Shown here: in pieces, positions 25,701 through 36,487 of the stretch | Layout of the letters: each line of letters begins with the position of its first letter | Numbering within the stretch: the stretch's first letter is position 1 | Source: Octopus bimaculoides | Taxonomy: Eukaryota | DNA: 48,740 nucleotides | Direction of reading: 5' to 3' | Assembly: GCF_001194135.2 (NCBI RefSeq) | Contig: NC_068986.1 | Location: 25,190,818-25,239,557, forward strand | The notes under the pieces: generated by a model | Databases searched by the model: none | What the model was told of the DNA's origin: nothing | The model's input: the letters and a program-made list of their open reading frames with translations, nothing else | Translations under genes and position numbers: made by a program

Positions 25701-28700
25701 CATGACAAAAATCACAGATTACAGCATACATGTGATCACAAAAACACAAATTTCATAACTCGTGAAGTAAACACAATAATGTCACTCAGCCCACTGCCTC
25801 ATGAAAATCACTGCTAGCTCTCACTGCATATGCAACTGAGTGCTACCATCTGTTGGCCTGCTACATTTTAACCACTAGGCCACAGGCCTGTATACACATA
25901 CATATATAGATATGTATCATCATCATCATCATAGTTCTAACTTGTACTTTTCCATGTTAGCATGGGCCAGGTAGATTTTTGAATGGTCATGTACCCTTTC
26001 GTTGCCAGCACCTTCCTTATTTCCAAGTAAAGAAATATTTCTCCATGGCTAGGCATGTTTGCATAGAATATTGGAAAGAATAAAACAAGCAATGGGCTTC
26101 ATTCAGTTTCTGTCTTCAAAATTTACTCACAAGGCTTTGGTCAGTCCAGGGCTATATATATTTTATCTATTTAGTGCCTTGGTTTCAATGGGTGTGGGTA
26201 ATATTAGTTGTACAAACAATTAATAAAGTATTAATTAAAACTATTAAATTATATGATTATCATTGTTATATTACATATTCCTATTAAAGAAATTATTCTA
26301 TTATTTGCTAATGATTTTTAAACATTTTCCAGGTTATAACAGAAGAAATGAGAGAAGTTTTGAAAGAAGAGGCTTTGGTGGTGAGAGGTTAGTATGAATT
26401 ACTACATTTTGAAATGATATCAAACTAGATACCTTGTTTTACTCTCTGTTAGAAATCTCTTAGATTAATGATCATCTTTACCTAGTCCTATCTGGGAGCA
26501 GAAAGGGAATGTCATGAATGTCAATGAAAGGACCTTGACAAATCTGATTGATTTATTGACTGAACAGTTATCAAACAAGCTATTACTTAACTGATTAAAT
26601 CAGGGGTTCTCAACCTTTTTTTTTTTTTATCTGTGAACCCCTTTGATTATTATTCTAGTCTGGTGGACCCCATTGCCATTTGCAGTTTAAAATCTTAGTT
26701 TCATCGATATTTCTTTCAAAGTTCTTATTTTGTTTTTCACACATTAACTTGTGTAGAGTGAACTATATAAAATGTTGGGAGAAATTAACCTAGCTGATTC
26801 TTGCAATAAATACACCTCAAACAAAATTTATTCGTGGACTCTTAAGATAGTGCTGTAAATCTCCAATTTACTGTGCTTGTGTGGATCCCCAGGGATCTTA
26901 TAAACACCAGTTGAAAACCACTGGGTTAAATAGTCAACCAATTGACTAAAAAATAAAGATATGAAATAGAACCAGTGCTTGTGTTTCTTATTAGCATGAT
27001 GACCCATCTGAGACGCAGTAACATTTTGAGCGTCTTTACTCATTTTATGCTTATTTAGCATTTAAATCGATCATATTTGGCCCAAATATTCTTGTTGTAT
27101 GTTCAAACCAGCCAGATCTGGTTTCTTACACCTGCCCTACAATATCATTCTAAAAATAAAGTCACATTATTAAAATCTCGAAGCTACAAGATAATGCATA
27201 ACTAATTTAAAACAATGTGAATGAATTATATCTTACAGAAAAATCCAAATACTAAATGGTTAACATCTTATAAAAAAAAAGACAAAATTCTTGCTTAATA
27301 GATTTGTGGAAGTGGAAAACTTTTATATTTATTACACAGTCATGGCTTACATGGATTTGCCATAAAACATTTGATAATACTTATACTGTTTTAAATTTAC
27401 AACAGTCAGTTGGGAGAAAACTTTAGAACTTTGGACTGTTTAATTTTTAACTATCTTAGTTGAAATCCCACTAGGTTTCTGAAACTTATGTCATCCATTT
27501 ATATTTTCACCTTTGAATATATTTACATTTATTTCTGTATAATCACAAATACTTTGGCTTATTTTTTCAGTGAGCCAAGCCGTGAGTCCAGTTCTGGTAA
27601 GTTGTTAAGCTCTTTCAGTTAGAGTCAGCATCTAATGTTATTGCAATGTCAATGCTTAATAAATGGTGTTTTGTGTCTGGCGAGATGATAAATGTAAATA
27701 ATCATCATCATCATCATCGTTTAACGTCCGCTTTCCATGCTAGCATGGGTTGGACGATTTGACTGAGGACTGGTGAAACCGGATGGCAACACCAGGCTCC
27801 AGTCTAATTTGGCAGAGTTTCTACAGCTGGATGCCCTTCCTAACGCCAACCACTCAGAGAGTGTAGTGGGTGCTTTTACGTGTCACCCGCACGAAAACGG
27901 CCACGCTCGAAATGGTGTCTTTTATGTGCCACCCGCACAAGCCAGTCCAGGGGCACTGGCAACGATCTTACTTGGCTTGCCGGGTCTTCTCACGCACAGC
28001 ACATTTCCAAAGGTCTCGGTCAGTAGTCATCGCCTCGGTGAGGCCCAATGTACGAAGGTCTTGCCTCACCACCTCAGCCCAGGTCTTCCTGGGCCTACCT
28101 CTTCCACGGGTTCCCTCAACTGTTAGGGTGTGGCACTTTTTCACGCAGCTATCCTCATCCATTCTCACCACATGTCCATACCAGCGCAATCGTCTCTCTT
28201 GCAACACCACAACTGATGCTTCTAATGTTCAGCTTTTCAAGCAAACTTAAAAATCTAGTTAGCCATAAGAAGCTCTTGATTTTATGCTGCAAAAAATATG
28301 TTACAGATAAAAATTGAATACATATGGTTGCTTCAGAAGATGGGTGGAAATGATTTTAAATTTCTGAGATGAAGTTGTAAGGATTATTATAAGTGTTCGA
28401 GCTTTCATTCCTTTAAGAGTCCAGAAAAATTATAATCATAGAAATAGATACTGTTATTTGCTGCTAAACAATGAGAACTGGACAAATTATAGAAATGTGA
28501 TGGGGGTAGTATTAGTGCAACTTTAAAAAAAAAAGAGAAAATGTTTTTTGGGTAAACCTTTTGAAATTATTGAATTATATCTCTATACAGATCCTCCCAA
28601 GGACAGACCTCGATTAAATTTGAAACCTAGATCAGTCACAGCAACTGAACCTGTACCTGAATCCTCATCATCCATTTTTGGTGGTGCTCGTCCTGTTGAT

Positions 28701-30675
28701 ACCAGTCAAAGAGAAAAGGAGATAGAGGCCCGAATCCGTCGTGAAGGGGATATTATAAAAGCCCGGAATGATGAGGAAAAAGAAAATAATTATTACAAGT
28801 ATGTATCTATCTATCTATCTCTTTTCATGTGTGTTTAATGTCCAACTAAAATAACTGCTAGAGCCTGTTACTTCTACTGACCTTAGACATCACAAAATGT
28901 CTCTGTGGAATAATATGCTATTGAAAGTACACAAAGTTGAACAAGTATTAAATTTTGGGAGCTGTACTATTGTGTAGTGGAAAGACATGTTCTGTAAAGG
29001 ATTGTGCCAATCTGTGGTATCCATAACAACTTGTGTGGTCTCCAATTGATACCAAATAAAGTTTTGTTTATGAAAAATCACAGCTGAAATCTCCAGCAAA
29101 ACAAATATTGCCAGAAATGACGTTAACTGCATCCATCAATAGTTGGTATAAGAGTGCCAGTGGTTCAAGTATGAAGAATTTGGGAAGTGGAAATGGCTAC
29201 TGTGTTTTAAACCTTTGTATGTGTGGTTTCTTTACCAAACAACTGTTCTTAAACGAAAGCTAAACTTTGAATCATGTCACAAAGAATGTGATCTTTATCT
29301 GATTAAGTTTCTCTATTTTGTCCTTCAGGTCAAATGATTACTCCAGCCAATATCCTGGCAAAGGAGAAAGAGATACTTCACGGCGAGATAAAAGGCAAAG
29401 TGGTGGAAGCACCTCTTCACAAGGAAGAGGTATAAAACCCAGTAAGTATTTCCATTTTTGCATATAAACTAGGATGCATTTTGCTGGAAAAACTTTGGTT
29501 TGTGACAGTAGAAATAAGCAAAAGGCATAAAATCGTGCTTTGTATTTTGTTTGAAGTTTTTTTGTAGTTTATCTTACTCTTATTTGAGAAGGTACTCAAG
29601 CAAATAGGTCAATAGCTGACTGCATTTCATTAGGTACAATTGTGTTAATAGTGAAATCTGAGCTATTCACTTTTTATTAGGTACCAGTATTTTTTTCCAC
29701 TTGACTGTTGTAACTTTAAATTATTATATTTGTGTAAATTACATTAATATAGGATCGAGATATTACCTTTGAAGATAGACAAAAAATACAATAATTATTC
29801 ATCTACTGTTGGAGCCTAAGTCATTATCAGTTTTATCACTTCTGATATATTTGCCATATTTTTTTCTATTGAAAACTCTTGGGTAACCAATTGGTATTTA
29901 AAGTGTTAATCTCAATTTTCCGTAGTAAAGTTGTTTTCTTCTGTAGTGAAAACTCTTGTCATTAACTGGGAGACAAATATAAGGAATAATTGTTGAAAAG
30001 ATAAATCAGAGCTGCGAGAAAGTGGATGAAACAACACATGTTAGTATAACAGTTTCTGTGATATTTGTTGTGTTATGTAGGTTCTAAATTACTCTGGGGA
30101 TCTTTTACCATTAATAGCATTGTTAGACTGAAATCCAAGCTAGGCTACTCTATCATATTGTTTACAACAGGATTGAAGTGTGGTGCACATGATGATTCCT
30201 ATTAGTTCTTTGACAACATTGGTGGCAGAGCTCTGTAAAGTTTTTCAGTATCGATTATTTATCATGGTGACATTAGTTAAAGGAAGTTACCTGAAGGAAT
30301 ACTTTTTTTTATTTCCAAGAAACCTTAATGAAATTTTTAAATATCATGCTCAATGGTTCAGTAATGTGTAATTAACTTTAATCTTGACATAGTTTCTTAA
30401 AAGGGAATAATTGTTTTGTTTTTTATCAGCACAAAACCAACCAAGAACTAGATGTGATAGTAGAGACTCTAGTAATTCAGAACCAAATATAGATGAAAAA
30501 GAAGAAAAACAAGTGCCACTTTCTCCTAGAAAAGAAGATCCTCCAACCAAAATGGTGCCTGCTCCACCACCCAAAGAGAATATTTGGGAAAGACGGAAAA
30601 CTGAACAGCAGTCAAATAAAGGATCGGAAAGTTCACGAAATCAGGTCGGTATTGCCCTTTCTCTCTCTCTCTCTC

Positions 30676-30715
<40 letters not shown>

Positions 30716-30774
30716 NNNNNNNNNNNNNNNNNNNNNNNNNNNNNNNNNNNNNNNNNNNNNNNNNNNNNNNNNNN

Positions 30775-30815
<41 letters not shown>

Positions 30816-33588
30816 GTCTATCTATATCTCCATCTTTCTCTCAGTCATGCATACTCATAAATTTCTTACTGTTATTGTTTACAGAAACAGTATAACGATT
30901 CTTCAAAAAGAGGGGATGGAGTTGGTGAAAATGGTAAATATATATTTTTTTATTCCATCTTAGATTTCTCCTAACTTTCTGTTTACATGTTGTGTTTTAA
31001 TTTACATTCCGTTACATTAAACTGTCATTAATTTTGAATTGTTTTGTTTAATATGTTCTACATTTTCATGAACTTCTATTTCTCACGGGTTATTATTTTT
31101 GTTTTAGAACTGAATGGCAAAGCGTATCCTAATGACAAACATGACCATCCCAGTAGAGGTGGTTCAGAAAAAAGGTGAGTCACTGTTATTAGATATTTAG
31201 TTATCAGTTGTTACAAACTTAATTTTGAACTGTCAACCTTAATAATAATGATCCTTTTTACTAAAGGCACAAGGCCTGAAATTTGGTGGGAGGGGAGTAG
31301 TTGGTTACATCAACCCCAGTGTTTCACTGATACTTAATTTATCGACCCCCAAATAGATGAAAGACAAAGTCTACCTTGGTGGAATTTGAACTCAGAACAT
31401 AACAACAGGCAAAATACCATTGAGCATTTCGTCCAGTGTGTTAATGATTCTGCTATCTCACTGCCTTAATAATGATGATAATCCTTTCTACTATAGGCAC
31501 AAGGCCTGAAATTGGGGAGGGGGTAGTGGATTACATCGACCCCAGTATTGAACTGGTACTTAATTTATCGACCCCAAAAGGATGAAAGGCAAAGTTGACC
31601 TTGGTGGGATTTTAAGTCAGAACGTAGCGACAAGTGAAATAACCGCTAAGCATTTCAAAAGACACCTGTTATTAAAACTGGCCTAGAGTCTATAAATAAC
31701 TGAAACTAGAAAATTTTCTACCTGTTCAGTGTATGAATTGTGCATTAAGTTGAAATTGTTTTCTCAAAACAGGCGTCCTGTTCGAGAGAAACAGATCCCA
31801 AAATCATATGAGGAAATGCCTCAGCTTCAAGATAATGTGAAAAAGGTAAATATCTGTTCTTGATTTCTTTAAATTATGGTGAGCCTCCTCTGGACAAAAA
31901 GATTTTAAAAAATTCTTTTACAGTCTTACCAAAGCCATAAGTCTGAATAGTTGTCTGGAGCCTATTTTTGACACATATGCAAATAAATTAATTGTTCCAT
32001 AGAAATTTTCAATCATTTAATGTCTGTTTTCCATGCTGGTATGATTTGACAGGAGCTGCCAAGCCAGAGGGGGCTGCACCAGCTAGACTCCAGTCATCTG
32101 TTTTGGCATGAATTCTATGGTTAGATGCCCTTCCTAATGCCAACCACTTTATCGTCATCATCATTTAACGTTCACTTTCCATGCTAGCATGGGTTGGATG
32201 GTTTGCCTGAAAACTGGTAAGCCAGTGGGGCTACACCAGGTTATGATTTGGTGAGGTTTCTATGGCTGGGTGTTCTTCCTAATGCCAACCACTCTGAGAG
32301 TGTAGTTGGTGTTTTTTACATGCCAATGACCTGACACCAGCATTGGCCACGACTGCATTCTCACTTGGCTTGACAGGTCTACACAAGCACATTACATCAC
32401 CAAAGGTCTTGGTCGCCTGTCATTGCCTCCATGAGGCCCAATGCTCGAACAGTGCCTTTTATGTGCCACAACTACGATTTCACTCAGTTTGACAGGTTTT
32501 CACAAGTACAGCATATCGCCCAATAATTGAAGGGTGCTTTTAACAGGCCAAGTTAGACAACACTGGCATTGGCCATGACTATGCTCTCACTTGGCTTGAT
32601 GTCACTGCTTCCATGCAGTCCAACTCTCGAATGGTGCTTTCTCTAGATGCTTATTCATGTGGTGCCAGCATGGGTGCTTTTCACTGTTCACTCAAGAATA
32701 AATGTCATTTTTCCTTTTATGCAATAGAAAAGTATTATGAGAAACAATATTGAAATAAAGCAACAAAAAGGAAGTTATATACAATATGGGAACTTACAAT
32801 GAGTAATATTAAAGAAGCAAAAAATATTACCCTATATGCTACCTAGATAGATATATCATGGAGTACATGGGGTATTGAAAGTGTGTGGGTTAGTGGTTTG
32901 GGTCTTCAACTCATGACTGTAAGGTTGTGAGTTGGATTCCTGGTGACGTGTTATGTCCTTGAGCAAGACATTTTGTGTTGCTCCTGTCCACTCAGCTGAT
33001 AAAATTTGAGTTGCACCTGTAATTCAAAGGGTCAGCCTTGCCACACTGTGTCACGCTGAATCTCCCTCGAAACTACGTTAAGGGCACGCGTATCTGTGGA
33101 GTGCTCAGCCACTTGCATGTTACTTTCTCAAGCAGGCTATTCCGTCGATCAGATCCCAACTGGAACACTCGTGGTTGTAATCAATGGAGTGCCAGTCACA
33201 TGATGCGTTATTGAAAATGTACACACATTTTCTTGCCAAGAATCACATGGAGCAGTTGGCTCATATTGCGTACCATGGTTTGAGCAATTTTTACAGGTTC
33301 CTTTGAAGAATAACATTTGATTAGTGGCCTTATTTTCAACACTGGATGCTAGCTAGCTCTGTTTTCTTATTAATACTATTAAATCATTTCCAATCCTTTA
33401 TCTTGTATAATAGTTCAATTTTGACTTATTTCAATTGAAATAAGCTGTTTAGTGTGGTGATGGTGGTGGGGGATGTTTGCTGTTCTTTCTTGTCATGCTG
33501 TTGTTTGTTCTTATTTCAGGATTGGACTGATGCCAACAAATTCGACTATTTAAATACTGAGGATGAAGACTACCAGGATCACTCGTGA
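2221..33588 (+). CDS. EIF4B: Eukaryotic translation initiation factor 4B, 16 coding exons, about 634 aa
   Basis: Exons joined by hand at GT/AG sites give one open frame (13+159+194+105+46+69+444+55+26+208+113+215+49+67+73+69 = 1905 nt). Hallmarks: MAASGKKQKKRKGKTFNLNDFLAD start, LPTAPRAAR plus RRM, DR/G-rich region, RPRLNLKPRS..SIFGGARPVDTSQREKEIE, APPPKENIW, acidic NKF C-terminus. Confidence 0.96.
5280..5690 (+). mobile_element. tRNA-headed SINE, family A
   Basis: Collinear with 21917-22293 and 37781-38150; internal 21-bp tandem duplication at 5536-5577. Confidence 0.85.
6096..6320. mobile_element. piggyBac-like MITE with TTAA TSD
   Basis: TTAA|CTCTTTAGCAT..ATATTAAAGGG|TTAA; related copies at 20790-20977 and 27050-27263. 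Confidence 0.75.
8620..8835 (+). mobile_element. Old RTE 3'-tail copy
   Basis: Diverged match to the GTTAGGAAGGGCA..CCAACCCATG..(GAT)n tail. Confidence 0.6.
9764..10533 (+). mobile_element. Cluster of degenerate family A/B SINEs spanning an N-gap (9960-10088)
   Basis: Head motifs at about 9764, 10109 and 10376; RTE-type tail at 10215-10360. Confidence 0.65.
12138..12430 (+). mobile_element. Degenerate tRNA-headed SINE, family C (TTGAGCAAGACACTT, CORE-like)
   Basis: Shares its 3' body with 32865-33200 and, in reverse, with 40437-40810. Confidence 0.7.
12750..12908 (+). CDS. EIF4B: eIF4B exon 2
   Basis: ttctag|GT..GATG|gtaagt; KKQKKRKGKTFNLNDFLADEQRG..SWAEE. Confidence 0.93.
13031..13180 (+). 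mobile_element. Young RTE LINE 3'-end copy
   Basis: Nearly identical to the 3' end of the 27701 element, with an 8-nt deletion between CATG repeats; (GAT)n tail. Confidence 0.9.
13960..14127 (+). pseudogene. piggyBac (PGBD-like) transposase fragment
   Basis: DETKYAHQQ..EMIIYLGMHFLMGVVQLFSYRKY* resembles the ETNxYAxQ..ExxxF/YxGxxxxMG..LP..YW block. Confidence 0.5.
15394..15587 (+). CDS. EIF4B: eIF4B exon 3 (LPTAPRA motif, start of RRM)
   Basis: tttag|GA..AAG|gtaaga; LPTAPRAARGPD..PFIAYIGNLPYD (RNP2). Confidence 0.95.
15708..15812 (+). CDS. EIF4B: eIF4B exon 4 (RRM, RNP1)
   Basis: attag|GTATCC..GACGAT|gtaagt; VSEIRLPLDRGSRGFGYVYFSDRESLIEALSMNDD. Confidence 0.95.
17039..17084 (+). CDS. EIF4B: eIF4B exon 5 (end of RRM)
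   Basis: ttcag|GTG..ACAG|gtaagg; VIHGRKIRIDLPGNT. Confidence 0.92.
17629..17736 (-). mobile_element. Young, strongly 5'-truncated RTE 3'-end copy
   Basis: Reverse complement matches the distal ~100 nt of the 25053 copy. Confidence 0.9.
19098..19166 (+). CDS. EIF4B: eIF4B exon 6
   Basis: ttaag|AT..AGAG|gttagt; DRDDRRGGHDHFDRTDCDWRRPR (DWR motif). Confidence 0.9.
19375..19710 (-). mobile_element. Degenerate family B SINE (A-type head with RTE-type 3' part)
   Basis: Head at 19590-19710, body similar to 1290-1530. Confidence 0.6.
20125..20568 (+). CDS. EIF4B: eIF4B exon 7 (DR/G-rich low-complexity domain)
   Basis: ttcag|AT..AAAG|gtgaga; lies within ORF 20076..20615; GFDRER-polyG repeats. Confidence 0.95.
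20790..20977. mobile_element. piggyBac-like MITE copy
   Basis: Ends AATGCTAAAGGG|TTAA; collinear with 6096-6320. Confidence 0.65.
21917..22293 (+). mobile_element. Full-length tRNA-headed SINE, family A
   Basis: A-box-like TGGCTGTGTGG, B-box-like GGTTCAGTCC, GAAAGAAGCCC body, AAAAGAG tail. Confidence 0.9.
24946..25892 (-). mobile_element. Internally deleted mariner relic, interrupted by an RTE tail
   Basis: N-term ELEQRANVKFWVEAGKSATETLNMLQQTYGDEAM; C-term HSPNLAS..LFPKIK..GRHF..FQKWQECWDQCIVA|QGDYSE; TA at both ends. Confidence 0.8.
25053..25218 (+). mobile_element. Young RTE LINE 3'-end copy nested in the mariner relic
   Basis: One mismatch to 27701-27863 (reverse); TGC present at both junctions. 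Confidence 0.92.
26333..26387 (+). CDS. EIF4B: eIF4B exon 8
   Basis: tccag|GT..GAGAG|gttagt; GYNRRNERSFERRGFGGE. Confidence 0.85.
26601..26923. mobile_element. hAT (Charlie-like) MITE
   Basis: TIRs CAGGGGTTCTCAAC / GTTGAAAACCACTG; 8-bp TSD GATTAAAT / GGTTAAAT. Confidence 0.8.
27050..27263. mobile_element. piggyBac-like MITE copy
   Basis: Collinear with 6096-6320; ends ..ATGG|TTAA. Confidence 0.65.
27571..27596 (+). CDS. EIF4B: eIF4B exon 9 (26-nt micro-exon)
   Basis: ttttttcag|T..TCTG|gtaagt; SEPSRESSS; needed to restore frame after exon 8. Confidence 0.8.
27701..28205 (-). mobile_element. 5'-truncated RTE-clade LINE (ORF2 C-terminus, 3' UTR, (GAT)n)
   Basis: RRLRWYGHVVRMDE..VEGTRGRGRPRKTW..DRDLW is the typical post-RT C-terminus of RTE LINEs; frame intact to its stop. 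Confidence 0.9.
28591..28798 (+). CDS. EIF4B: eIF4B exon 10
   Basis: tacag|AT..ACAA|gtatgt; DPPKDRPRLNLKPRS..SIFGGARPVDTSQREKEIEARIRRE. Confidence 0.95.
29329..29441 (+). CDS. EIF4B: eIF4B exon 11
   Basis: ttcag|G..CCCA|gtaagt (same-phase alternative donor GTATAA at 29430); SNDYSSQYPGKGERDTSRRDKRQSGG. Confidence 0.85.
30430..30644 (+). CDS. EIF4B: eIF4B exon 12
   Basis: atcag|CA..CAG|gtcggt; RTRCDS..MVPAPPPKENIWERR. Confidence 0.92.
30885..30933 (+). CDS. EIF4B: eIF4B exon 13
   Basis: tacag|AAACAG..AATG|gtaaat; KQYNDSSKRGDGVGEN; second in-frame AG 6 nt downstream. Confidence 0.8.
31108..31174 (+). CDS. EIF4B: eIF4B exon 14
   Basis: tttag|AA..AAAG|gtgagt; ELNGKAYPNDKHDHPSRGGSEK. Confidence 0.82.
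31251..31656 (-). mobile_element. Two tandem Nin/Deu-type SINEs with tail B
   Basis: Each has TACTTAATTTATCGACCCC..GATGAAAG(G/A)CAAAG and GGCACAAGGCCTGAAATT. Confidence 0.8.
31773..31845 (+). CDS. EIF4B: eIF4B exon 15
   Basis: aacag|G..AAG|gtaaat; RRPVREKQIPKSYEEMPQLQDNVKK. Confidence 0.85.
32030..32680 (-). mobile_element. Older RTE 3'-end relics, partly tandem
   Basis: Diverged matches to 27701-28050, including the CACTTGGCTTG stop region repeated about three times. Confidence 0.7.
32865..33200 (+). mobile_element. tRNA-headed SINE, family C
   Basis: TGTCCTTGAGCAAGACA; body matches 40437-40810 in reverse. Confidence 0.75.
33520..33588 (+). CDS. EIF4B: eIF4B exon 16 (last coding, TGA)
   Basis: ttcag|GAT..TGA; DWTDANKFDYLNTEDEDYQDHS*, acidic NKF-type C-terminus. 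Confidence 0.9.
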   Translation, partial: DWTDANKFDYLNTEDEDYQDHS

Positions 33589-35314
33589 ACAAGTTTTCAA
33601 CTGCGAAAATTTAAAAGCCATATTTAGTTTCCTCGTTTCCCATTCAAAACATCCAAACGCTCTCCTTTTCTCTCTTACTTTAGTAGTTGCTCAACACTAT
33701 TTCAAACTAGTGTTAAACTTCTTTTTTTTTTTCATTTTTTTTTTTTTTCCATCAATGCAGGTCTGGCCAACATGATTTTAATAGGGGAAAAGCCAAATAC
33801 AAATACAGAAAAAGAAAAACTCCTTTAGTAGCAAAAAAAAACCCAAAAAAATGACAAACAAAAACTCCTGAGTTAACGCTTTTTTTTCTTTTCTTTTTTT
33901 TTTTTTTTTTTTTTTTTTTGTATACTGTAAATTATTATTATTAATTCTGCATTTAACATCGCAGATGCTGTCTTCAGCTTTAAATTTCTTACTGACTTGA
34001 TTTGGTGTTAACAGCTGTTGAGGCTCTGGATTATTTTAATTTTTGTTTCCTTATATCATTCCTCATATTGTTCGTCTTTTTAGCTCTGTCTGTCTCTTTC
34101 TCTATCTCTCCCCCCACTGCCCTCTCAGGAGTTATTTGGTTTATTATTTTGCCAAAAAAGGAATGCCTTCCAAAAAGTATTCAATGCAATGTCTGATCTA
34201 ATCAGTTTATCTTTGGTTTGATATACATATATATATATATATCTATGTATATATCTCAGTGTCTTTTTCTTTTTAATTTTGTTAAGGAGGTTAATCTCTT
34301 CAACTGTATATCTTCTTGCATGGCTAAACAGTTTGTGTGTGTGTGTATGTATGTATTTTTGTATATATATATATATATATACATACAAATGCACATGCAT
34401 TTTCCTAGCATAGTGTATTAAGATTTATAGATATTTAATGTTTCCGTTTGTAAATGATTTTGATGGTACACTGACGTAGGCTTTGTCTCTTTGCTGCAAC
34501 ATTACATCAGATGTTGTTTGTTACATTAATACATGAAAGGCCTATAGTGTTTCAGTAACAGTGTATTTTGTGATGCTTCCATATCAGTGCATATGCACAC
34601 AGACTGGATAAAAAAAAGTATGTGGTTCAGTTCATCACCCAGGTGTTTAGGCTCCATCATCACAATTGATTGGTCTGACGGCAATGGCTTCTTTATTTCT
34701 TAACCTTTCAGATATATCTACAATGATATTACTCGACTCCTTCAGTAAACTTTTGTTTTATTGTTTATTTAACACTTCATCCTTACTCCTACTTACTGTT
34801 GTGTCTGCCTGCAGGATAGCGGGTTGTGCTTTTATAGTTTGCTTTATAGGACACCACTGTCATGTCCCTTGGTTGGTCAGACTAGATAAGTACTTTCTAA
34901 AGTAAGTAAGTAGACAAACAGTGTAGCAAAAGGGACGAGGTTCTATGTAAATTGATGCCAGTTTGTCCTGTGGCTTTGGCACATAAACTTCCTGCAGTAC
35001 CCCATCCTGGTTTAATACTGGTTTGTGTTCAAATGCGCAGAAATATATTTTCTAAAGAAATGTGTATCTAAAACTGTCAAGAAAAAAAATGCTAAGAAAT
35101 TTAAGCCTTTTTTCCTTTGTCCTTTTTATGTTTATACCTTAGGCTCATTCATTCCTCTTCTCTCAAGTTCTTTTTTTCTCTCTCTCTCTCTCTCTTTCTG
35201 CCTATTCTTCCTTATCATCCCTATATCACTTGTTACATTTATTGCCCCCTTCCCCTCCCACCAGATTGAAAACTGTCAGTAAATACAAATGTGATTTCTG
35301 AAATTGGATTTAAA

Positions 35315-35336
35315 AATAAAAAATAAAATTATTAAA
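35315..35336 (+). terminator. Candidate polyadenylation signals of eIF4B (3' UTR about 1.7 kb)
   Basis: AATAAA at 35315 and 35322, ATTAAA at 35331, after a U-rich stretch nearly free of interspersed repeats; the actual site is not determinable. Confidence 0.45.
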
Positions 35337-35469
35337 AAGAATACATTTAAACAATTTTTGAAATTATTTTAATGTGTAATATTTATTTATATTATCTAAT
35401 TCTGATGAAGGAAACCAAATATGGAAACTTATTTCTTTCTGAAATATACATACACACACACACACACAT

Positions 35470-35615
35470 CAAATCTGTTCTCTTCCATGAAAGCATGTCT
35501 GGTCATAGGGGAATGTTACCTTTCTGGAAACAGGAAGGGCATCTTAGCCATAGAAGATCCATCTCAGTAAATTCCATCCAACCCATGCAAGCATGGAAAA
35601 ATAGACGTTAAAACA
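35470..35615 (+). mobile_element. Family B SINE 3' fragment with RTE-type tail
   Basis: GGAAACAGGAAGGGCATC..CCAACCCATGCAAGCATGGAAAA. Confidence 0.7.
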
Positions 35616-35947
35616 ATTATATATATATATATATGTATGTGTAACTTTTTTTTTCTTCAGTCTCATTGATATTCTGGTTCTGTTTTTATTTTAAATTTAA
35701 AAAGAAAAAAAATTTTTTAACAGATATTAGCAGGAAAAACATCATTAGCTAATCCAAATATTTAATCTTCAATATAACAACAATGCTAATAAAATAATTT
35801 TCAATTAAATCTGGTATCTTAATAGGATTTTTTTTTTTTTTTTTCTGTATTACCGATATATTAATTATTTATCAAGACCTTAAGGTTTTTAATGTTTTGT
35901 GTCTATATATATATTCATTTCATTTCCTTCTCTGACGCTATATAATG

Positions 35948-36062
35948 CACTTTCACCCTTTTGGGGTCGATAAATTAAGTACCAGTTGCGTACTGGGTCG
36001 ATCTAATCGACTGGCCCCTCCCCAAAAATTTTGGGTGTTGTGCCTAGAGTAGAAAAGAATAT
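35948..36062 (+). mobile_element. Nin/Deu-type SINE 3' part, tail B
   Basis: GGGGTCGATAAATTAAGTACCAG..GCCTAGAGTAGAAAAG. Confidence 0.8.
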
Positions 36063-36190
36063 ATACTACACTTCCATAACTTAGGCTTTGAGCTAAAGCA
36101 TATTAATACTGGTAGATTTGTCAGGTACTACCTCAAGACTCTCTCTTTTATTGATACTGTACTTGCAAAAACATTAACTTCTAACTGTTG

Positions 36191-36430
36191 TTAGTCCATC
36201 CATTTTCGCCATCGTGGGGATAGAGACCTGGTGCCTTCTCCAGAAGCAACCATCATTACACTTTCCAGTAGGTTCCTGAGCATAACAAAGTGAGACTGAA
36301 TATTGTCCAGCCATTTTGTTGTTGGTCTACCCCTAGGCCTCCTGTTGGCTTGGCTTAAAGAATCTTTCGTGCAACATTCCCACATGAAAACCAGACCTGT
36401 AACTTCTCAGTGCAGAGAAGTAACGGTTGG
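36191..36430 (-). pseudogene. Old LINE ORF2 C-terminal fragment (RTE-like)
   Basis: RRPRGRPTTKWLDNI motif. Confidence 0.5.
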
Positions 36431-36487
36431 ACTTGAAGAGACTCTTCGATTTCTGAGCTATTCTGTCATTAAACAATATTTGATATA

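Noticed and set aside
30189-30294. Possible intronic C/D snoRNA (ATGATGA..CTGA); similar pair at 6516-6577
   Set aside because: No terminal stem and no recognisable rRNA antisense element; such boxes occur by chance in AT-rich DNA.
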